Assembly: GCA_051252375.1 (NCBI GenBank)
Contig: JBPOFY010000003.1
Span: 96,001-160,000, forward strand
Direction of reading: 5' to 3'
DNA: 64,000 nt
From: Opitutaceae bacterium
GTDB lineage: Bacteria; Verrucomicrobiota; Verrucomicrobiia; Opitutales; Coraliomargaritaceae
Shown: piece after piece, positions 57,459 to 64,000 of the stretch
Layout: each line of letters opens with the position of its first letter
Position numbering within the stretch: position 1 is the first letter of the stretch
Translations under genes and position numbers: made by a program
The notes under the pieces: model-generated
The model's database searches: none
What the model was told of the DNA's origin: nothing
The model's input: the letters and a program-made list of their open reading frames with translations, nothing else

Positions 57459-57995
57459 ATGTTAAGACGTCAAAGGCACAGATCTAGGAAAGGTCCGTTT
57501 CATCGATTACTTCGAATTTTATTCAATGATGACGGGTCCTCGTCTAAATTGGAGATTCAAGGAGGCCGTGGGGCTCCCATACCTGAATCCATTGCTACGC
57601 CAGATGTGCTTAATGAACTGGTTAAAGTTGGAATTGAGCCGGATTCACCCGAGGCAAAGAGGCAAAGTCTACTAAAAGCGCGCTATATTGACAAGCAAGT
57701 CTATCGGATTGGTCGATGGGATAAGAATGCCGATCATGGAAGCGGGCCTCAGATGGACTTTTTGATACGTCAACCAGAGCCATATAGCATCTCACGCAGT
57801 CAATGTGCGATTGAATTGACCAAAGATCATATAATGTTCCACGACTTGGGGGGACGTTATGGGACGGTTGTGGATGGCGCACGAGTAGGTGGGCGACCAA
57901 ACACGCCTACATCTGTGCGGCTTGAGAAGGGTGAGCATACCCTAGTTTTTGGGCCGCGTAACAGCATTCTACGCTTTAAGTTGATTGTGCAGTAA
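57459..57995 (+). CDS. FHA domain protein
   Basis: IGR...ISRSQC...DLG..YGTVVDG. Confidence 0.78.
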   Translation: MLRRQRHRSRKGPFHRLLRILFNDDGSSSKLEIQGGRGAPIPESIATPDVLNELVKVGIEPDSPEAKRQSLLKARYIDKQVYRIGRWDKNADHGSGPQMDFLIRQPEPYSISRSQCAIELTKDHIMFHDLGGRYGTVVDGARVGGRPNTPTSVRLEKGEHTLVFGPRNSILRFKLIVQ

Positions 57996-58125
57996 GCGTA
58001 GGTGTTTGTTTCAGAATTTTAGTCCCAGTCGTTGGTAGACTCCGCAATCAGCTTGACTCCAATACGGCCCTTCGTGGACACTTTGGGCTTTATTCCCATT
58101 TAACCCAAAAGAGAGAATTATTGTT

Positions 58126-58434
58126 ATGGCAGGAGTCGGTAAATTACTCAAACAAGCGCAGAAAATGCAGAAGCAGATGGAAGCCATTCAGGCACAACTT
58201 GCGGAGCAAGTGCTTGAAGTTTCCAGTGGCGGAGGCGCCGTGCAAATCAAGATCAACGGACAAGGTGACTTTCAGTCCTTTAAGTTGGACCCTGAATTCC
58301 TGAAAGAAGACGCCGATTTTGTTGAAGAAACATTGCTTGCAGCTGTGCAAGAAGCCGCAGCCAAAGCCAAAGAAACCAGTGAAGAAGCGATGGGGGCTGT
58401 TTCTGGTGGCATGGGTGGATTCCCCGGGTTTTAA
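58126..58434 (+). CDS. ybaB: YbaB/EbfC nucleoid-associated protein
   Basis: KQAQKMQ, SGGGAV; upstream of recR. Confidence 0.94.
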   Translation: MAGVGKLLKQAQKMQKQMEAIQAQLAEQVLEVSSGGGAVQIKINGQGDFQSFKLDPEFLKEDADFVEETLLAAVQEAAAKAKETSEEAMGAVSGGMGGFPGF

Positions 58435-58443
58435 TCTAAGTTT

Positions 58444-59040
58444 GTGACGCCGGCCTACGAAAAACTCCTTCAGGAGCTCAAGCAATTACCCGGTCTCGGC
58501 TATCGTTCAGCCGAGCGTATCGCGATGCATCTATTGGTCGAAAAGACCGATTCGATGGAGGCGTTGATACAGACGCTTGAGCAAGCAAAGGAAGTGGTCG
58601 GGCGCTGTCAGCATTGTGGCAACATGGCCGAAGGCGAGTTCTGCGCTGTCTGTGCAGATACACGCCGTGATAATAGCAAGGTCTGCGTGGTCGAGCATGT
58701 GCCCGACCTCATTGCGATTGAGCGATCGTCCGCATGGAAGGGGCAATACCATGTGCTCCACGGTAAACTTTCACCCATCCACGGTGTTGGACCAGAGCAA
58801 CTCAATTTCAACAGCCTCAGTAAGCGGCTCGAAACCGACGAGATCCAAGAGTTTGTCCTCGCGCTTTCCAACGACATCGAAGGGCAGGCGACTTGCCACT
58901 ATATTCAAGAAGAGATCATCGGTTCGCGTCCGATTAAAATCACGCGCATCGGCTTCGGTCTCCCTAGTGGAGGTGGCGTGACTTATGCCGATTCCGTTAC
59001 CCTTCGCAGCGCCCTAGAAGGTCGCCGCGATTACGAGTAG
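58444..59040 (+). CDS. recR: Recombination protein RecR
   Basis: LPGLG HhH, C4 zinc finger, YHVLHG, EGQAT, TRIGFGLP. Confidence 0.96.
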   Translation: MTPAYEKLLQELKQLPGLGYRSAERIAMHLLVEKTDSMEALIQTLEQAKEVVGRCQHCGNMAEGEFCAVCADTRRDNSKVCVVEHVPDLIAIERSSAWKGQYHVLHGKLSPIHGVGPEQLNFNSLSKRLETDEIQEFVLALSNDIEGQATCHYIQEEIIGSRPIKITRIGFGLPSGGGVTYADSVTLRSALEGRRDYE

Positions 59041-59063
59041 TTGCAATATTGACGAGCATACAT

Positions 59064-59084
59064 CATTAGTCATTAGCTATTAAG
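59064..59084. repeat. Short heptamer repeat, reverse complement of the 50094 family
   Basis: CATTAGT CATTAGC TATTAAG. Confidence 0.45.
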
Positions 59085-59101
59085 CTTTAATGATTTATAA
59101 C

Positions 59102-59176
59102 GCGGGTGTCGTATAACGGCTATTATGTGACCTTCCCAAGGTTGAGACGAGGGTTCGACTCCCTCCACCCGCACCA
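59102..59176 (+). tRNA. tRNA-Gly (CCC)
   Basis: GCGGGTG...CACCCGC-A-CCA; anticodon loop TTCCCAA; GGTTCGACTCC. Confidence 0.95.
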
Positions 59177-59212
59177 TGCTTCGCTCTGCGAGCTACGCAT
59201 GGCGCAGCCAAA

Positions 59213-62200
59213 TTATTTTTTCCAGAGGCGAATCGTGCCTTCACGAATGTCTTCCAGGATCGTGTAGAAGGCGGGCACTAGAATCAGGGTGATGAAGGTT
59301 GCGAAGAGGACGCCGAAGCTGAGGGAGATCGCCATGGGAATGAGGAACTGTGCTTGGAGGCTCTTTTCAAATAATACCGGCAGCAGACCTGCGAAGGTGG
59401 TGAGCGATGTTAGAATGATTGGGCGAAAGCGTAGGGCACCGGACTTTTCGATGGCTTCTCTGAGTGGTGTGCCTTCGGCGCGTTCTTGGTTGATGAAATC
59501 GACGAGCACTAAGCTGTCGTTGACCACCACACCGGCGAGGGCAACGAAACCTAGCACAGATAGAATACTCATGGGTTGCCCCATGATCATGTGTCCTCCA
59601 ATCGCGCCGATCAGGCCAAACGGTATGACGACCATGACGATCGCAGGCTGTATGTAGGATTTCAGCGGGACTGCGAGTAGGGCGTAGATGATAAAGAGGG
59701 CAATGAAGGTCATCTTTTGCAGGCTGGCAAAAATGTCGGCCTGCTCGCGGGCTTCGCCTTCGAATGACCAAGAGACGCCTGGGTATTCGGCGACAATTTC
59801 ATCTAGGAAACTGACCGTGGGATCGGACTCTTTCCAAAACATGAGTTTATCTTTGAAGTTGAACTGAGACTTTCCGCTGAGTGAGGCTTTGATTAGCCCG
59901 AGGTCGGCTATGCTCTTGTCGGCGTCGGCGATGATGTTGAGCACGCGTCGGCGATCGATCCGGGTGATTTTTGAAAAGCCTTCTGTGATTTCGAAATCGG
60001 CCACGGCGTCGAAGGGCACTTCTGTGCCGTCGGGTGTGCGTATGCGAAGATCTTCAAGGTTTTCGACTGAGCGTCGTTCATCGAGTGGATAGCGGACCAT
60101 GACTTTGATGTCATCGCGTCCTCGCTGGATGCGTTGTGCTTCGACCCCGTAGAAGGCGGCGCGGACTTGTCGACCGAGGTCGGCTTGACGGAGTCCGAGT
60201 GGTTCGGCGGTGGTGTGGAGGTCGAGCTGTATCTCGCGTTTGCCACTGCTGTAGTTGTCTTTGATGTCAAAGAGTCCCTCGTAGGTCGCGAGCTTCGCTT
60301 TAATCGCTTCAGAGGCTGCTTGTAGAGCTTTGAAGTCACGACCGGTGAGTTGTATGTCGATCGGCATGCCGGCAGCACCTGCGGCGTTTGCATTGAAGGC
60401 GACTTCCTTGGCACCGGGGATTGGACCGATGAGCTCACGCCAGCGGTTGGCTAAGTTCGGGGCAGAGAGTGCTTCGATGTCGCCACCGCCGGGCAGGTCT
60501 TCTCGTTTGACCAGTTCTACGGCGATTTCGGCGAGGTTGGTGTCGCCCTTGCTAAATGCTTCGCCCATCGGACCGCCACTGCCTTCGAAGGGTTGGCCAC
60601 CGATGGTGATGACGGCATTGTCAAACGGTTCGCCAAAGCCTTTGTCCTTGGTTTCCTGAATGAGCTCGTTGAGGCCGCGTTCCATTTGTTGAATGGCTCG
60701 TGTTGTGAGCTCAATCGGTGTGCCTTCGGGCATGACTAATTTCGCCACGATGTAGTCCGAAGGGACCGGTGGAAAGAAGACGAAAGGCAGGTGCTTGCCC
60801 ACTAGCATGCCAATCATGATGATGAGCAAGCCGATGAATGACGCGGCGGTGGCGTAGCGGAAGCGAATAGCTCGATTCAGAAACGGGCGATAGGTGGATT
60901 CGATAAAGCGCTCTAAGCCATCGGCAATTTTGCGTTGTTGGCGTCGCAGCCATCCCAGGTTTTCACGGTCCCCTCCACCGACTCTGCAAAGTGTGAGGTG
61001 GTAGGGTAGCACGAGCTTTGATTCGATCAGTGACCAGATCAATGTGGCGATGACGACTACAGGAATGGGGAAGAAAAATTTACCGAGGAATCCGGGAATG
61101 GTGAGAATCGGTAGAAAGGCGACGATCGTTGTGAGCACTGCGAAGGTGACCGGTATGGAAACTTTTTTCGTGCCCGCTACAGACGCAGCGACGCCGGGTC
61201 CGCCATGTTTTTGAAACTGGGTGAAGACGCTTTCGCCGACGATGATGGCATCGTCCACCACAATCCCGAGCACGAGTATAAAACCAAACAGGGAGGCCAG
61301 GTTGATGCTGATGCCGAGCGCAGGCAGGAAGAGCATCGATCCGAGGAACGAGATCGGAATGCCCAGCATAACGAAGAAAGCCAGCGATGGTCGTAGGAAG
61401 AGTGTCAGTACAAGGAAGACGAGGATCAGACCGAAGATGCCATTCTCGATCAACATTTGCAGACGGCCTTTCAGGTAGTAGGTGAAGTCACGGAAGGCTT
61501 CGACTTCGATGCCATTGGGCAGCTGGTCATCAATGGTTTTGGCAAATGCCTGCACTTGGGCGGAAACATCTAGCGCGCTTTGATCGCCTACCGCAAAGAT
61601 GCGCAGCAAAACCGCGCGCTTGCCGTTGAACTCAGTGACCAGTGGGTCGTCGACAAAGCCATCATCCACCGTCGCGACATCGCGCACATACACCGCGGAT
61701 CCGTCGGGAAGTGTGATGACAGGGATATCGCCGAAGGCTGCACCTTCGTAGGCTTTGCCTGTGGTGCGCAGCAGAATCTCGCCGCCACGTGATTTGATAC
61801 TGCCGCCGGGAATGTCAATGGAAGTGCTGCGAATGGCTTGAACGACGTGGTCGAAGGTGAGCCCGTATTGGCGTAGGGATAATTCGGATACGTTGATCGA
61901 GATCTCAAATTCGGCTATACCCTTGATGTCTACTTGAGTGATGCCTTCCTTGTTGCTGAGCTCGTCGCGAATGAATTCGGCGATATCCTTGAGCGTCTTA
62001 GGATCGGTGTCTCCAAAGATGGCTAGCGAAATGACTTCGTTGCGAATGAGCAGTTCTTCGACAGTTGGTTCTTCGGCTTCTTCGGGGAAGTTGTCGATGG
62101 CGTCGACCCGCACTTTGATTTTATCGGCAATCTCGGTCGCGTCGTAGCCACGCTCGACTTCAATAGCGAGTGAGCCGTAACCCTCCGCAGCAGTGGCAGT

Positions 62201-62434
62201 GACTTTCTTAATGCCTTCTACATCCTGTATACGGTCTTCTATGAGTTCGATGATGCCACTCTCGACTTCTTCAGGAGCCGCGCCGGGATAGGGCACTGCC
62301 ACGCTGACGATATCGAGGTCGAGCTCGGGGAAGAGCTCTAACTTAATGGAACTCGCAGCAAAGAGACCCGCGACGATGACGATCCCCGCGAGTAGGTTGG
62401 CGGCGACGCCGTTTTCTGTGAACCAGCGAATCAT
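59213..62434 (-). CDS. RND efflux permease (AcrB family)
   Basis: 1073 aa; LGIVVDDAIIVGE, GVVVNDS, RFRPIILTSLTT. Confidence 0.95.
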   Translation of the reverse strand: MIRWFTENGVAANLLAGIVIVAGLFAASSIKLELFPELDLDIVSVAVPYPGAAPEEVESGIIELIEDRIQDVEGIKKVTATAAEGYGSLAIEVERGYDATEIADKIKVRVDAIDNFPEEAEEPTVEELLIRNEVISLAIFGDTDPKTLKDIAEFIRDELSNKEGITQVDIKGIAEFEISINVSELSLRQYGLTFDHVVQAIRSTSIDIPGGSIKSRGGEILLRTTGKAYEGAAFGDIPVITLPDGSAVYVRDVATVDDGFVDDPLVTEFNGKRAVLLRIFAVGDQSALDVSAQVQAFAKTIDDQLPNGIEVEAFRDFTYYLKGRLQMLIENGIFGLILVFLVLTLFLRPSLAFFVMLGIPISFLGSMLFLPALGISINLASLFGFILVLGIVVDDAIIVGESVFTQFQKHGGPGVAASVAGTKKVSIPVTFAVLTTIVAFLPILTIPGFLGKFFFPIPVVVIATLIWSLIESKLVLPYHLTLCRVGGGDRENLGWLRRQQRKIADGLERFIESTYRPFLNRAIRFRYATAASFIGLLIIMIGMLVGKHLPFVFFPPVPSDYIVAKLVMPEGTPIELTTRAIQQMERGLNELIQETKDKGFGEPFDNAVITIGGQPFEGSGGPMGEAFSKGDTNLAEIAVELVKREDLPGGGDIEALSAPNLANRWRELIGPIPGAKEVAFNANAAGAAGMPIDIQLTGRDFKALQAASEAIKAKLATYEGLFDIKDNYSSGKREIQLDLHTTAEPLGLRQADLGRQVRAAFYGVEAQRIQRGRDDIKVMVRYPLDERRSVENLEDLRIRTPDGTEVPFDAVADFEITEGFSKITRIDRRRVLNIIADADKSIADLGLIKASLSGKSQFNFKDKLMFWKESDPTVSFLDEIVAEYPGVSWSFEGEAREQADIFASLQKMTFIALFIIYALLAVPLKSYIQPAIVMVVIPFGLIGAIGGHMIMGQPMSILSVLGFVALAGVVVNDSLVLVDFINQERAEGTPLREAIEKSGALRFRPIILTSLTTFAGLLPVLFEKSLQAQFLIPMAISLSFGVLFATFITLILVPAFYTILEDIREGTIRLWKK

Positions 62435-63570
62435 TGGGTGTTTTCTTGATCGATGATTTCGACGGGCATGCCTTCGATGTAGTATGCGATCGGACTGGTG
62501 GCGACGCGGTCACCAGGTTCGAGTCCGCTGTCGATGATGACTTGCTTGGCGTCGCTTTTGACAATGCCGATTGTTCGGGTTTGCAGTGTGTTTTCACTGG
62601 TGAGGACGTAAACTGTATCGGATCCGCGCAAAGCGTATCGGGGCAATGAATACACATTCTGGATTGAGCGGCCTTCGATCTCGGCGCTGAGAAAGGTGCC
62701 TCGACGCAGGATGTGGTCGTTTACAGTCGTATTGAAAGGAGACTGGATTCTAGCAACTGCATAGAGCAGTCGACTGCTTGGGTTAATGTTGTCCTCGATG
62801 CGAACCAGAGGCGCTATCCAGTTTACATCAACATCGTTGTTCTTCTGTGTTAAGGTCACGGAAGACGGCTCTTCACTGTCTCTGTCTAAAAAGGATGCTT
62901 CTTGCTCGGTAATTGGTAGGCGCACTTCAGCGCTTTGAGTTGCGTAGATGCGGGCGAGTGGGTTGCTGGGATTGGTGATGACGAATTGACCGAGATCGAC
63001 GTTCTTGTTGAGCACGATGCCGTTGTAAGGGGCGATGATCTGTGTGCGCTCGATGTCGCGGCGTGCTTTGTTCAGTGCCGCTTGAGCGCTTTTGACCATT
63101 GCCATGGCTTGCTTAAGTTGCGGCTTGCGGAGTGTGAGGTCGCTGGCTTCACCTGTGCCGAGTGCGAGCCAGTCTGCTTCGGCTTGCTGGGCGAGTGCTT
63201 GTTCTTGGGCGAGTTTTAACTCTGCGTTTGCCAGATCTGCTTCTCTGGTAGCGGCAGCGGCTTCATAGTCGGTGGGATCAATTTTGATTAAAACATCGTT
63301 CTTTTTGAAATGGTTGCCTGCGCGAAAGTTGTCGGCGACTTCGATGACGCGACCGCTGACCTCTGAGATGAGATCGGTTTCTACTGTCGGCAAGAGGGTG
63401 CCTTGGCTCATGATTGTGAGTTGAACGGTCGTCGGCTGGACTTCGATGATTTCAACACTGGTGATGGGGCGAATCGGCGCGATTTCATTGGGCTCGGGTT
63501 TGAGCATGATTTGAAAGGCAGCGATGATGCCGGCGCAGAGCAGGATGAGTATGGGGAGGAGCGTTTTCAT
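62431..63570 (-). CDS. RND periplasmic adaptor (membrane fusion protein)
   Basis: N-terminal anchor, EVSGRV, alpha-hairpin, IIAPYNG, GLEPGDRV. Confidence 0.93.
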   Translation of the reverse strand: MKTLLPILILLCAGIIAAFQIMLKPEPNEIAPIRPITSVEIIEVQPTTVQLTIMSQGTLLPTVETDLISEVSGRVIEVADNFRAGNHFKKNDVLIKIDPTDYEAAAATREADLANAELKLAQEQALAQQAEADWLALGTGEASDLTLRKPQLKQAMAMVKSAQAALNKARRDIERTQIIAPYNGIVLNKNVDLGQFVITNPSNPLARIYATQSAEVRLPITEQEASFLDRDSEEPSSVTLTQKNNDVDVNWIAPLVRIEDNINPSSRLLYAVARIQSPFNTTVNDHILRRGTFLSAEIEGRSIQNVYSLPRYALRGSDTVYVLTSENTLQTRTIGIVKSDAKQVIIDSGLEPGDRVATSPIAYYIEGMPVEIIDQENTQ

Positions 63571-64000
63571 GATGCGTTTTCAAATGGACCACCGAGTGCG
63601 AGATAGAGATCGATGCGGTTTTGCAGGAGGAGGTTGCGCAAGGCGATGAGGCGGCTGCGCGCGCTGGCAGCGGAGCGCTGACTGTTGAGGACGTTTACAA
63701 AATCGGCAGTGCCTTCGCGATAGCGTTGCCATGCGAGTGCTTCCGCCTCGGCAGCTTCTTGTTCGGCTATGAGAAGTTGTCGTTGCTGGTCTTGAAGAAA
63801 GCGTTCGGCGGCGAGTGTTGTTTCGACTTCGAGAAATGCTTGCAGGGCAGTGGAGCGATATTGGGCAATGCTTTGTTCGAGTATGGCTTGGCTGCGGTCG
63901 ATGTTGGCATTGATGCGACCACCTTGGAAGATGGGTTGCGTGAGATTGGTGCCCAGTTTCCAGGCGGAGAAATCACTATCCAGTAGGTTATTGAATTCTT
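63567..64000 (-). CDS. Outer membrane efflux factor (NodT/TolC family), C-terminal part only
   Basis: Manual translation ...LTQPIFQGGRI...RYREG...NRIDLYLALGGPFENAS*; ATGA overlap with the adaptor gene. Confidence 0.92.
   Translation of the reverse strand, partial: EFNNLLDSDFSAWKLGTNLTQPIFQGGRINANIDRSQAILEQSIAQYRSTALQAFLEVETTLAAERFLQDQQRQLLIAEQEAAEAEALAWQRYREGTADFVNVLNSQRSAASARSRLIALRNLLLQNRIDLYLALGGPFENAS

Noticed and set aside
63621..63986. 121-aa plus-strand ORF
   Set aside because: Antisense to the partial outer-membrane efflux factor
59102..64000. Genomic island integrated at tRNA-Gly
   Set aside because: No integrase, no duplicated tRNA 3' end and no obvious compositional shift within the window

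Overview
Core-genome segment of a bacterium that most resembles Verrucomicrobiota/Opitutales (Coraliomargarita/Puniceicoccaceae-like). That placement is inferred from gene order and protein style, not from a database search. The window holds about 60 protein genes, mostly housekeeping: gyrB/gyrA, waaA, queG, purC, tkt, hisI, rpmF-plsX-fabH-bamD-lptE, uppP, trpD-glmM, argG, efp, menD, cysH, hemC-cobA/hemD, ilvN-ilvC, rpe, sufSU, sucAB-lpdA, ybaB-recR and an RND efflux operon. It also has three tRNAs (Glu-TTC, Val-TAC, Gly-CCC), several intrinsic terminators, REP-like inverted doublets and intergenic heptamer tandem repeats. No integrase, transposase, CRISPR array or rRNA was seen. Best candidates for undescribed biology: (1) a tRNA-Val gene sits where ilvB would be, in front of ilvN-ilvC, separated from ilvN by a terminator whose 5' arm can alternatively pair with the tRNA anticodon arm, a possible tRNA-based attenuator; (2) an operon of a membrane-anchored tandem winged-helix protein plus two SPFH paralogues; (3) a CBS / cNMP-FHA / FHA signalling cluster; (4) a ynbE-ydbL-MASE1 kinase-olsF-amidase operon without ydbH; (5) an EF-P with a non-canonical QGRQ loop; (6) heptamer arrays with different units but constant period.
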